Part shown: one piece after another, positions 13,125 to 26,199 of the stretch | Layout of the letters: every line of letters starts with the position of its first letter | Numbering within the stretch: the first letter of the stretch is position 1 | Source of the DNA: Okamejei kenojei | Taxonomy: Eukaryota | Assembly (NCBI GenBank): GCA_035221665.1 | Contig: CM069144.1 | Coordinates: forward strand, 56,234,001-56,298,000 | Reading direction: 5' to 3' | Length of the DNA: 64,000 nt | Translations under genes and position numbers: made by a program | Notes under the pieces: generated by a model | Database searches by the model: none | What the model saw: only the letters and a program-made list of their open reading frames with translations | Told to the model about the DNA's origin: nothing

Positions 13125-13370
13125 TAGTCATACAGTACGGAAACAGGCCCTTTGGCCCAACTTGCCCACAGCGGCCAACATGTCCCAGCTACTCTAGTCC
13201 CACCTGCCAGCAGTTGGTCCATATCCCTCCAAACCTGTCCTACCCATGTACCTGTCTAACTATTTCTTAAAGGTTGTGATACTTCCTGCCTCAACTACCT
13301 CCTCTGGCAGCTTGTTCGATATACTCACCACCCTTTGTGTGAGAAAGGCTACTTCTCAGATTCCTATTAA
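13125..13370 (-). mobile_element. CR1-type LINE 3' end whose terminus matches the V-SINE tail
   Basis: Starts cagtacggaaacaggccctttggccc, as the SINE tails do, and continues into CR1 ORF2-end sequence; nested in a Penelope remnant. Confidence 0.75.
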
Positions 13371-13713
13371 CCTGTGTTAACCTGGAGTTCCTCCAGCACT
13401 TTGTGTTTTTATCCCTTCGCGTTGTTTTATTTGAAGCAAATAACAGTCAAGAACCTGATTCTCCGTATATTAACCAAACTACGTCATTTCACATCCTCCT
13501 CCCACCTTGATGCTAGAATTTGTTTGCAATTCATTCACTAGACCATAAGCAACATTCAAGCATGTCTCTCAATTTAATCCATATGTGACTTTAGAGCACC
13601 TTGAGATGGTGTTGGGGAGGAAGGAGATGCTAGTTCAGGATGTTCCACAATATTTTTAAAGTTAGTGGAGTGATGTTGGGTATACTTTCAGCTTACCATC
13701 CCAGAGTAAAAGT

Positions 13714-14182
13714 GATAGAAACATAGAAACATAGAAATTAGGTGCAGGAGTAGGCCATTTGGCCCTTCGAGCCTGCACCGCCATTCAATATGATCATGGC
13801 TGATCATCCAACTCAATATCCTGTACCTGCCTTCTCTCCATACCCCCTGATCCTTTTAGCCACAAGGGCCACATCTAACTCCCTCTTAAATATAGTCAAT
13901 GAACTGCCTCAACTACCTTCTGTGGCAGAGAATTCCAGAGACTCACCACTCTCTGTGTGAAAAATGTTTTCCTCATCTCGGTCCTAAAGGAATTCCCCCT
14001 TATCCTTAGACTGTGACGCCTTGTTCTGGACCTCCCCAACATCGGGAACAATCTTCCTGCATCTAGCCTATCCAACCCCTTATGAATTTTGTAAGTTTCT
14101 ATAGGATCCCCCCTCATGATCCTATAGGATCCTATAAGTTTCTATGAGATCCCCCCTCATCCCCCTATAAGATCCCCCCTCA
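13714..14182 (-). mobile_element. CR1 (HER1-like) LINE 3' fragment with (ATGTTTCT)n tail
   Basis: ORF 13896-14117 MRGDPIETYKIHKGLDRLDA...FFTQRVVSLWNSLP is the CR1 ORF2 C-terminus; tail atagaaacatagaaacatagaaa. Confidence 0.9.
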
Positions 14183-14988
14183 CTGATGTTCTTGATCAGT
14201 TGGAGAAACCACCAGACACTTTTGTTTTAAATTCATACGTGGATGAGAGTGTAACTGGAAAGGCCAGAATTGATTTCCAGAATTTTCATCACAAAGGTGA
14301 TAAACAGTCTTCTTGAGCAGTTGTCATCTATGGAGTGAAACAGTTTGGTGGGTCATTTCAAAGGGCATTTATTTGAGTCTTAATCTGCAGTTATAAGTAG
14401 GCCAGACCAGGTAAGGACAGCAGATTTTCTCCTGAAGGACATTAGTAATCCATGTAGATTGTCATAATAGTTTGGTAGGTTCATATTACATAGCCAGCGA
14501 CATGTCCATTATGCACCCATACCCTTTTGATAGAATTGTAAAAAAAACCCCTCTGCTTTTGCATTTTGAATTCACACAGCTGTAATGTCAACTGAATAAA
14601 ACTGGCCTGAATATAGATGTATTGGAGCTGTACAATTTGTCATTGGAATAGTTATCAAGATGCCTTGACAATGAATACAACCAATTGTTTCAACTGATTT
14701 TATTTTCATTTAGGTATCTATTTCCTCAAGATCAGGGAATAGGTGTCCTGCAAAATAGGATGATCTTCCAAAATCATATATATTCAGTGGCATCTTACTT
14801 CAACGTAAAAGGGCCCACAACTTCAAGTTTTCCACTTCTGTTGTGGAATTTACAACTCGTCCTCGTCTCATCCTGGGGTACATTTTCTTCCTGCAGTTTT
14901 TCATAATGGGCACCAAATCTTGGGTCTTCGTGACCTGACACCCATGCTTTTTACTGCCAATTAGACAGAACTGGCTGTCTTCAGCTAT

Positions 14989-15210
14989 GTGTAGGAAGGA
15001 ACTGCTGATGCTGGTTTACACTGAAGACAGACACAAAATGCTGGAGTAACTCAGTGGGACAGGCAGCATCTCTGGATAGAAGGAATGAGTGACGTTTTAG
15101 GGTCAAGACTCTTCTTCAGGGATGGGTCTCGAACCGAAAAGCCACCCATTCCTCCTATCCAGAGATGCTGCCTGTCCTGTTCTGTTACCTCAGCATTTGT
15201 GTCTGCCTTC
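14989..15210. mobile_element. Palindromic Penelope-derived element
   Basis: gaaggaactgctgatgctggtttacac...gacacaaaatgctggagtaactcag arm with an inverted partner; centred near cttcttcag. Confidence 0.8.
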
Positions 15211-17186
15211 TGCTATCCTTAGTAAAAAATACCCTGATACAGTTTTATTACAGTCATAGGATATGGAAACAGGCCCATGGAGTCCACAGTGATATCTAGC
15301 ACACACCCACATCGATCGCACTATATTCTCTCCACATATTCTTCAAGATCACTAAGATTGTACCACTCAGCGATACACTGGGAACAGCCCAACCTGCACA
15401 TGCATGGTATCTGGGAGGAAGCTGGAGCATTCAGTAGAAAACCCAACATAGATACAGGAGAAACAAGTAAGCTCCACCACCAACAGCTCCAGAGGCCAGG
15501 ATTGAACCTGAAGCTCTGAGATAGAGACACAACTGTGCGTGTCCTGTACTGCCCAAACTCTCTCACCAAAATACTGGTTTGTATAATGTTTTCTTGAAAC
15601 ACATCTACAGCATGATTGAACAGTTCTTGTTCACTCCAGTGCTGTTGGAGCTAATTTATTTTAGAACATTATGCTGCAAGGTATCTCCATCGACAGTACT
15701 GTGTAGAAAGGTCCAACAGACATGAACCTGTCCTTTACCAATGAATGCTTCGTTAATTTAATTTTCCAAACTGAACGCAATGTAATATATAGGGTAGACA
15801 AAAATACTGGAGAAACTTAGCGGGTGAGGCAGCATCTATGGAGAAAAGGAATAGGCGAATAGAAATGGAAAACTTGAAGTTGAGGGCCCTTTTACGTTGA
15901 AGGTAGATGCCACTGAATATATATGAGACCCTTCTTCATCAGTTGTGGGTCACAAACCCAGCACTACCTGCCTCCAGCATTGCAGAAATGCTTTACCACA
16001 CAAACTGCTGCTGATCAGAAAGATTGCACACCACAACTACCAAGTCTCCGGGGCAACTTAGAACTAAGGGTGCCAGTCTTGTCATCAATGGCCGCATCGC
16101 AACACCGATTATCCAAAAAAATGTCCAAAGTAATGGTCAAATATTGACTCCTTTTGTCCCACGAGCCTATGTTCCAACCTCAAGCTGTGTCAGGCCAAGC
16201 CTAGTTCCCTTAAGGCACAATTTGGTCTGTTTGCACCAGAGGTGGCATTTTGCTAGTGAAACATTAGCTGAACCATTCTTCATTACTTGTTAGCTAACCA
16301 CATAATGAGTGTCTGCAGGCAATCAGGGAAGGCATTTTCATGTTTTCTCCTTCCAACAGTAGGAAAAGATATGGTGATGGCAGTAAAAATTAGTGGTTTA
16401 AATATCTATTTTTAAAAGTGTTTTGCGGGTTACAAATGTCAGAGTGCAGATTCATGACTCCCCCCTCTCATGTATAAGACTACAGTATAAAGATACTAGT
16501 TATCTCTGTCAGATGGGAACCATTTCATAAGGGTTGCCTGCTGTGATATCACTTACTCAAAGACCTTAACTAGAAACAAAATATACCATGGCAAATGCAT
16601 TCATTCACATCAGAGCACAGAGTGTTCTGACTATAGGAATAAGAAACAGATGAGAAATAGTAGTTCACAGTCGCCAAATGGAGAGAGAAACAAATAATAA
16701 GAAAGGATTATATCTTTGGTGGTCAATCCGATCTGAAATAAAGGTTTCTGCATTCATACTTTTTGGAAATATTTGACCAAGTAATGTCTGATCCGCTGTA
16801 TAGTTTCATGCCATGCAGTTGAACTGCAATGCTGCTGAAATGCTTCCTGCATGCTGCCTCAGTGTTTGTTCCCTGCACTAGTGCAGTAGAACTTGTTGCG
16901 TTCATGTCCCAAGACAAGTTCCATGACAACTGGGTCCATTTTAAGGCATCTGTATACATAAGCCTGTGCATATCCAGTTGTCTTGAAAGCGCTGTTCGCA
17001 GCTATTTAACTGATGGTGCTGCCTACCTCAACCTGTGTGAAAGATCAGTCCACGCCAGTGATCAAGGGAACTATTTTGTCCCATTGCAGTTCGGAATGAG
17101 TGCATCAGCCATTCTTAACAATTAAGAAACACAGCCCTTGCTTATAATCAAGGAGATTACAGCACACAACCATGGGAGTTAAGACA

Positions 17187-17365
17187 GTAGAAACAAGGAA
17201 CTACAGATGCTGGTTAACACAAACAAAGCTCAGCGGGGCTGACAGCATCTCTGGAGAACACGGATAGGTGACGTTTTTGAGGGTCCCGACCCGAAACATC
17301 ACAAATCTATGTTCTCCAGAGATGCTGCCTAACCTGCTGAGGTATTTTTCTAACACTTTTTGTCC
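17187..17365. mobile_element. Palindromic Penelope-derived element
   Basis: cagcatctctggagaacacggataggtgacgttt / gaaacatcac...atctatgttctccagagatgctg. Confidence 0.75.
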
Positions 17366-20300
17366 TGTTGAGTCTGTGTTTGTTCCAGTTTTTTGAATGA
17401 TTCACCCAATCTTATAATATCCATCTCAATATTTTCCCAAATTTCAAAAGTATTCATTTAACTCCCCCCTTCCCTCATTTGCCTTTTCTGTTCACATTCT
17501 TTAAAACATTATGGATACCTAATGAGTGCTTCCAATCCTGGTCATAGACATGAGTGGTTCAAGCATTCTGCACAATATCCAATTATCCAAATCTTTGACT
17601 CAGAAAGTACTCTTTGGATCTTTTATGATCTAAACTGATGCTAGCCATCTTCACTGTACGTCTTCACTTTCTTGCAAAAATGAAATCACCTATGATCCTT
17701 CATATGGTTTAATTCATCAGGAGTTAAATGAACATTTAGTATTAAAGTTAAGCTATATCCTGCAAGGTTGCATTCCAGTTTCTCCCCTCAAAGACATTAG
17801 ATCAACTTAGGAACAAAGCATGGGAATGTTTGTAGCCTCTTCACTCTCTGCAGTTGGAATGAGCAGACATTGTAACCAAAAACTATCCTCCTTCCAAAGT
17901 TGTGACATAAACACAAGTTTCCATTGTAGAATGTATTGTAATATGGTATATGGAGCACTGTTGATTTGAAACCAGACTAGTTGTCTGGCATTGATATCAC
18001 GATGAGTATGCTTATAACTGTATGCTCCAAATAAAGATTAACCCTTTAATATTTGCTGCATCCCCTTTTATTGGCAGATCAAAAATAACACCCTATTCCA
18101 GCTGATCAATGCAAAGATCAGTCACATCTTTCATCATGTGCATCGAACGTTCAACTAACAATTTGAAATCCTATCAACTGGCCACATTTTATAGCAAAGT
18201 GGTCTTGGTCATTTTTACCTATCCCCTACAAGTAATGCAACATTATGGTCCTCTCCACTCAACCACCTCCTCCCTCCACTCACCTTTCTACCCATCAGAC
18301 CTGCCACCCATTCTGGGCAGTGGTAGCCAGGATCCCGAGAAAGAAATGGTTAACGTTACTGTAGCCCTTGTATTTGAAATATTCATGAGGTTACTACGGC
18401 ACATTTGTCCAAACAGATTAATCATCAGCTGGCAAAAAAATAATGCCAGAGTTATGGTGGAATTTTGAACTGGTTGAATTTCATGTTAATTTCCCTTCAT
18501 AGCTATATATAAATGGAGTGGTAATAAATGAAGTGGTGCATTCTATTGATTGGAAAATAACCACCAGATTGCAGTCTTGCAATTCTTTGGACAGTTCTGT
18601 GAATTGAAAGAATGGGTATTGAAATTCTTTCTGATTTATGTATAATAATTTAGATCCAAAGTAATATTGTTACATAGGTTCCTAAAACATCTGGTGTGAC
18701 AGCTCTTTCATTTTCTTACTAACATGTTTCACTGTTTAAGATTAACAGTCCATTGGCAAAGATTGTGATATTTAACGTGAATATAATGATTATAAATCAC
18801 ATTGATAACCATAATTACAGTATGAATATAAGAGCAATGGAGTACTTTTTATAATGATACAGGATTTAAGCTGCCATAAGCCAAATAGACAAATGCTATG
18901 TCATTCTTAGATTAAGGCTAATAATGTCCATTTTAGCTACATGTCCAGATAGCCGGTCATTTCTGCAGCATACGTTGTTCTTAATTTACTCGGTGGACCA
19001 TTTTTTAAATCGATGCAACTAATTGTTGAGAATTAGCCTAATGCACAGTTATATTTAATACAAACACTAATCTATAAGGATCAAATCTCTCAGATTCTCA
19101 TCAACTAATAGGAATTGGGCAAATGACAATTGTTAGATGCACGTCCTGTAAATCCCGTCGGTCAATGACAGTCACAAGCTTTATCGGGCAGTGACTGCAA
19201 GACACTTGCACACAATATTCTTGGCTGGTGGAAACCACATGACTAGCCTCTATGACAAGGCGCTGAAGCAACATCAGTGAAAACTGGGGTGGATGTGCTC
19301 GGTGATGTAGTGAGGTCTCGTCTTCTGCAGAATTGTTGACAATCTCTCCTCTTCTTTAAACACAAATAAAGAAAGTGAGGGTAAATTGATTTTTCTGCAG
19401 CATTTTTGATGTCCACTTATACCTCTTTCCAAAATGTCATTTACTCTACTAATCCAACAGCCTTCCACACTGGATGTAAAACCCTTTTTTTTTAAATCAC
19501 CGATTATTGTTAATGTCACGAGAGTCCATATTTCCAACTTTTGCTCCAGGACTCAAGAATTTATATTTGATTGAATGCATTTTAAAATGACTTTTTTTAA
19601 AGTAAATTTTCTTACTTTATTACTCTAGGCAAAATAAAATCTAAACAATGCATATCTAATTGGTACCTTTTATATATTTGAAATCTTGAATCCATCTCCA
19701 CAATTATGAAGCCTAGTTTGATTCCTTACTCACTAAAAACTACTCTGGTGTGTTGCTGCATATTTAATGCTCACTAAATGTCATCTGGCTGAGCAGATCA
19801 TATAAAAAAGAGAGTAACACAGTAAAATAATGAAACATTTACTTGCAATGGTTGATTTAATTTTAATTACGTCATTAGAATGGTAATTCCCTTCATCTCA
19901 GAATTATATTAACTGGATTTAATTTCAAAATCAAAATGTTTATGTTTAGTATAGTCACTGTTCCTAATTCATGCAGTTTGTGTGATATTGGATACCATAA
20001 AAGGGGATCTGTCTTTGGTAAGTTGAGTATTGATCAACTGACTTGATGTATGGCCAGGGGAGGGTATCCACGGGTTCAATGAGCATAAAATAAAACTGCA
20101 GATGCTGGTGATCCGAGGTAAAACAGAAGATGCTGGAAATACTCAGCAGCTCAGTTAATGTTTCATGTCTGAGACGCTTTGTCAGTCGAAGGACCTTGGA
20201 CCTGAATCTTGAGCTATTTTCCTTTCCACTGATGTTGCTTAATCTTATGGGCATTTCCATCATTCTCTGTTACAAATCCGCTAGTTGATATTTGGAAAAA

Positions 20301-21260
20301 GTTCCCATGTTCATATTATATATAACCATATAACAATTACAGCACGGAAACAGGCCATCCCGGCCCTTCTAGTCCGTACCGAACACTTACTCTCACCAAG
20401 TCCCATCTACCTGCACTCAGACCATAACCCTCCATTCTTTTCCCGTCCATATACCTATCCAATTTATTTATAGTTTCATTCACTGCCAAAGTCATACAAT
20501 AAGGAAGTGGGCGCACCGAGAGCACGCTGACCGTCAGTTACATTAATCTTGCATTCATCCCATTTTATTCCATCCACATTCTTATCAACTCTCCTCCAGA
20601 TTCCACCACTCACCTACATATTAGGGGCAACTTACAATGGACAAAGCCTCCCGACCTGCATGGCTTTGGGATGTGGGCAAAAACTGACAAGGTCACGTGT
20701 AGACAATCCACACAACCAGCACCAGAGTTGGCCATAAACCTAGGAAACTGGCATTGTGCAGCAATAGCTGTGGTAACTGTGCCACTATGCAAAATGTTTC
20801 TCTCGCAAATTATATCTCAGTTTTACTCAGTAATTATTAAACCAACAGTAAATGGTTAAGTGGTATGAGTTAAAACGAGTAATGCAGATTCTTGAATGAT
20901 ATCTGGAACCAAAATAATCCCCGTTAAGTAATTAATTGTAACAAGATGACAGTAAATAGACAGAAATGATGGTGTTTCAGAATCTAGCTATCCTGGACAT
21001 TACCTATTTGATGCAGCACCTAGCTTTATGCTGGGGATAAGAAATATACATGGTATCATCAATCTAACATCTAAAGCACATTGTGCGGTAATTACTTGAG
21101 ACCAATCTAATAACTGATCTTTAAGATTTTCGGAAAATTAAAATCTCACCAGAGGATAATGCAAACAATATCATTTGTCATTTGTAAACAATTATGGCAG
21201 CTGAAAGAGTCACAGTTTGTGGATTGTAATTTATTTTTGTATTTTGGTCCTACTCCCTAG

Positions 21261-21287
21261 TTCCGCTTGCCAGATCAGAGAATTTGG
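21261..21287 (+). CDS. MECOM: MECOM 27-nt microexon FRLPDQRIW
   Basis: ctactccctag|ttc cgc ttg cca gat cag aga att tgg|gtaagt; phase 0-0; matches the recalled human EVI1 segment FQLPDQRTW between FHPQ and MSAIEN. Confidence 0.93.
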
Positions 21288-23917
21288 GTAAGTTCCTCTG
21301 CTTATAATTCCAAACCATAATTCATAAGGATCAAAATGAAAAGTTTATTAATTGGTGCATAACTCAGGATGATTTAAAATCTCCCACTCTCCCTTCCCTA
21401 CCCTCCACTAAAAAAAAATGTAAATGTTTGCCATGTTACTTTGGGAGCAGATTACATTACCATAATCACAAGCAGTCTTTAAGTATTTCACACAGTAGAC
21501 CGAGTTATAAATCACTCCATCTGGTAACCAAACCTATATCAGGGCCTCTCAAAACCACTTGTATTTATTTCTGTCACCTATAGATTAGGGCCTGTGAATA
21601 GCAGAGTCTGTGATAATTGCTCAGTCCATTGTTGATCATATCTATGCTTTCACAAAAAAAGTTTATAAATATTTGCTTTTGTCCAATAATGGCGACGTCT
21701 GCATACTTGATTTGTGCTGGGAATAGAGTTTAATGCTGAATTGCATCAGTGCAAGGTTAACAGCCTCTGTGGGATTAGAAGGGAGTGGCATTATTTCCTT
21801 ATTCAGACATCTGGCTGGAGATAAGATCAGTGATTGTGAGAAAGTAAATCACAAATTATTTAGCTGTTAAGAAATGCTGCCATGTACTGATATGTCTTAC
21901 ATCTGTATTGGGCTATAACTGATATGAGTTTGTTCCCTTTGAATGAATATGTTTTTAAAAGTTTTTTTTTGTTATACTACTGCTTTTATCAAAACAATGC
22001 TTTAAAAAAGGTAATATTTCTCTCCAATGTTAATGCATATTTTTAATGGCATTTGTTAAGGAATCAAAGTTTGATCACATCATATTGATTAATATAAGCA
22101 ATCGCTTTATATTACAAATATGATGGATCTTAGCTTTTTCTTCACCTGCATTAATCCAGATGAATGACAAGGCTTGTAGAAATGTTTTAGTTTTCAAATT
22201 CAATCTGGCTGGTAAATTAATCCCACGGTTTTCCTGCAATGATTGTGGAAGTACATCAGTAGGGTCAGTCTTGTGTTTTGCAGGTACTGGGAATAGGTTA
22301 TTCCCTTTTCAAGAACTCCTCGACCTGTTCTATCCTCTTCTAACGCCTAAAACATTCTTTCTACTCATGGACAGTTGATTGAATAGCAGTGTTGTTGCTT
22401 TGTATTCATTTTACAAAAAAACACAAAAATAACGTATTTTACAGCCTCGCCAATGTGAATGGGCAGAGTAACCCTTCCCCTTACAATACCTGAACATTCA
22501 AGAATCTTCACTTTATTTTGCGATTAACATTTGTAATTCATGCTTTTGAAACTATTATCACAATGTTTTCAAACAATAAGTATTGCGTATTAATATCCAG
22601 TGAAAATGGATATATACAGATGGTAAATATTAAATACAATTTTGCCCCTAAGTACTTTATTTTTTGGAAGTGTAACAGTCTTATTCTATTTACACCTTAC
22701 TGCAGCCACTACATTATTTGTTCTATGACTTTGATTGGTTTTGACTGTAACAGCAATTGGGTGATTTTTAATTTATGGAATGAACCATGAAGGAAATATT
22801 GCGCCAAATTTGAAGTATTTTTAAGATAGTGACGACTGCAGCATATTGGGTAAATTGAGAGACTTCACAGACATTTCAAGCAAGGATCATTTAATTTATC
22901 CCACTTTCTTACATGATGTAATAGCTGCTGCCTAAATATCTGCCTCCCATCAACCTTCTCCTGAACCCGAGCAATTGTATTAACGTTAAATCCCCCTCTG
23001 AGTCGATAGATATTACCCTGTTAAAATGGGTAGGCATAATAATGCCATATCTTATTTAAGAAAAAAACTGTTCTTGTTCTTGGAATGATTTATTTCAAAA
23101 CCATTTTCCCGAAACTGCTTCTGCGTATGAATTATTAATAAAATAACTTCCTGTGTATTCATTATCCTTTCCCTTAACTAGTAAGTGACCTTTCCACCAC
23201 TTTCCAATAAGAAGGTGTCACAACTAAAAGATTTACCTATTCATTAATCTCTAATTAGTTACCTTAATTTTAACAAAACAATACCTTTGTTAAATTATGT
23301 TTTGTACAGAAACTAGAATGCAATATTTTATATAAAATTATACAGCTCAAAAATATGAATGCAACCTTATATGTATCTTTATAGATTGAGAAAACACTGG
23401 CTAGTAGTGGGAAGAATTCCCTTGTAACACATAGCAGCATCATTATTACCTATGTCTGCCCTTTGATCTGCGATGTCAGTATCCTTCATATTGACAAATG
23501 TGCTGTCCAGTTGCATTGTGCAAGGAATGTTTTAGCACTATGAATGATTATGAATCAAGCTTGAGAGCAGGCAGACCCCAGTGCCTTCCAGTGCTTTCAC
23601 ATTTGCCGTGTGACAAGTAAATGCATCTAGACTTTCCTTAGAGATTTTCAAATGTTTGATGAAAGACATTTCGCAAATTGGCAGAGGTGCCTTGTACAAT
23701 GCAATTTGTAACTAGTGCCGAGACTTATAGTGTGAAAGAAGAGAGTGGGCGGCTGGGTCAGTCGGCAAGTTATGGACTAAAGGTGTTTACTGTGAATGTA
23801 AACAGTTAATTGGTGGAAGAATAACTACACCAGCGACCTCCTGACAGAAAAAAGGAGACAAATTCTAAAGAAACATCACCAATAAATTCCCACTGAACAA
23901 GGCTGTTTCCCCACTTC

Positions 23918-24210
23918 AGTTTAGTTTAGAGATACATTGCGGAAACAGGCCCTTCGGCCCATCGGGTCCGCGCCGACCAGCGATCCCCGCACATAACACT
24001 ATCCCACACATCTTAGGGACAATGTACAATTTTACCGAAAGCTAATTAACCTTCAAACCTGTACCTCTTTGGAGAGTGGGAGGAAACCGGAGCACCCGGA
24101 GAAAACCTACGTAGGTCACAGAAGAACGTGCAAACTCCATCCAGACGCCACTGGTAGTCAGGATCGAACCGGGGTCTCTGGCACTGTAAGGCAGAATTCT
24201 ACTGCTGCCC
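23918..24210 (-). mobile_element. V-SINE
   Basis: gtttagtttagagataca tail, V core, B-box ggttcgatcc on the minus strand. Confidence 0.85.
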
Positions 24211-24445
24211 TTTTGCTGTACTGCAAAAATGGACAAAGCTGTTGAGATTTACATAATAAACTTATTTACTTTTTTATGTTTAAATATTTCAAAAAGGTGT
24301 CAATGATTTGCATTGCAGCCCATAACTTAATTAGTTAAGATGTTGGAATGAATACATGTGTTTTCCAATAAGGTGTGTGTAATTCTTGAAGGAAAAATGT
24401 AATTTATTTTCTCTTTCCCCTCCACTTCTTTCCCCTGCATGTCAG

Positions 24446-24612
24446 ATGTCAGCGATTGAGAACATGGCAGAGAAGCTGGAAGGTTTCAGTTCATTGAAGC
24501 CAGAAGCCAACGACCTCCTCCGCTCCGTCCCCTCAATGTTTGATTTTAGGGCTCCCCCGTCTGTCATTCCAGAGAGCCTGCTGCGAAAGGGCAAGGAGCG
24601 GTATACCTGCAG
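24446..24612 (+). CDS. MECOM: MECOM exon [20 protein letters not shown]...[11 protein letters not shown](R), leading into ZF8
   Basis: Long pyrimidine tract then gtcag|atg; donor tgcag|gtaatt; 167 nt, phase 0 to 2. Confidence 0.96.
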
Positions 24613-24874
24613 GTAATTACATTTCCCCGCTCGTAGAGAATTATGCCAGCAGCAACACTAACAATTCCAATGCATTTTCTTCTGCTAATATCCATTATGT
24701 AATAAAGAAAATGGCATCCATATTTTGTCACTCTTACGGAAAATACAATTCAATTGAGAAACAGAATGACTTTCAGCTAATCGGAGTCAGACCTCAGTGT
24801 GTCCTCACCAAAACTATGTAGGAATTATAGGATACTAATTGTGTCCTCAATAATGAACTGGAGATTGAGATTTA

Positions 24875-25260
24875 TCTCAAGTTCAAGTGAGTTTATTGTC
24901 ATATGTCCCTGATAGGACAATGAAATTCTTGCTTTGCTTCAGCACACAGAACATAGTAGGCATTTACTATAAAACAGATCAGTGTGTCCATATATCATTA
25001 TATAAATACATACACACATGAATAAATAAACTGATAAGGTGCAAATAGCAGATAATGGGTTATTAATGATCAGAGTTTTGTCCGAGCCAGGTTTAATAGC
25101 CTGATGGCTGTGGGGAAGTAGCTATTCCTGAACCTGGTGGTTGCAGTCTTCAGGCTCCTGTACCTTCTACCTGAAGGTAGCAGGGAGATGAGTGTGCGGC
25201 CAGGATGGTGTGGGTCTTTGATGATGCTGCCAGCCTTTTTGAGGCAGCGACTGCGATAAA
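24875..25260 (-). mobile_element. Rex1/Babar-like non-LTR retrotransposon 3' end
   Basis: Minus strand encodes ...RCLKKAGSIIKDPHHPGRTLISLLPSGRRYRS...; 3' UTR with gacaataaac and ttgaac-type tail. Confidence 0.7.
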
Positions 25261-25891
25261 TCTGCTACATTGATTGATGCTATTAAGGGCAGTTAGAGAC
25301 TTGGATGTAGAAAATCCAAGAAAATCCTCCTGACTTCTTGGGGAGAGTGCTACTACTCTCAGATCAAGCTGGGACCCCTGCAGTTTCATTTGTTGCCTTC
25401 CTGTTTACAAGATACATCATGTTCCATTGTGACTTGCTGAGTTTTGGGGAAAAAGTCGAACTGATAGGAGTCTTCAGAGATACGGAGTCTTTCGAGATTC
25501 GGAGCAGAAACAGGCCCTTTGGCCCACTGTGTCCACGTGGCCCAGTAATCACCCTATACACTAACACTAACCTGATATACTTAAACAGTCTGTTCCTGCA
25601 CCACACCAATTCACTGATCACTTGATTTGAGACAAAATAGAATAGATTCATTGTGCATCAATCTTTTACATTGGGCAGTACATTGTGAAGCAGACCACGT
25701 GACTGGGTGGAGATTGAGCAGAGAGCCAGAGTTGGGCAGAGATGTAGGGGGTCAAGGAGATTGGAAAGATGGAGAAGGACAAAGTCTTAGAAACATCTAG
25801 ATAATTGGAGAAAGGCGTTGGATTCAGAGCACCAGGGGATAGGGGAGTCAGCAAAGACAAATGAATCAATGCAGTGAATGAGTCGGGTTGT

Positions 25892-26199
25892 GGAGTCTTT
25901 AGCGATACGGAGCGGAAACAGGCCCTTCGGCCCACTGAGTCCACGTGGACCTGTCATCACCCCGTACACTAACACTATCCTACACACTAGGGAAAATTTA
26001 CAATCTTTATCAAGGGCAATTAGCCTTCAAACCTGCACATCTTTGGAGTGTGGGAGCAACCTGGAGCAACCGGGGAAAGCCCACACGGTCACGGGGAGAA
26101 CAGACAAAACTCCATACACACAGCCCCCATAGTCAGGATCAAAGCCAGGTCTCTGGCGCTGTAAGGCAGCAACTCTACAGCTGTGCCACTGTGCCACCC
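25892..26199 (-). mobile_element. V-SINE, with an extra tail fragment at ~25470-25575
   Basis: Full head, core and tail. Confidence 0.85.
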
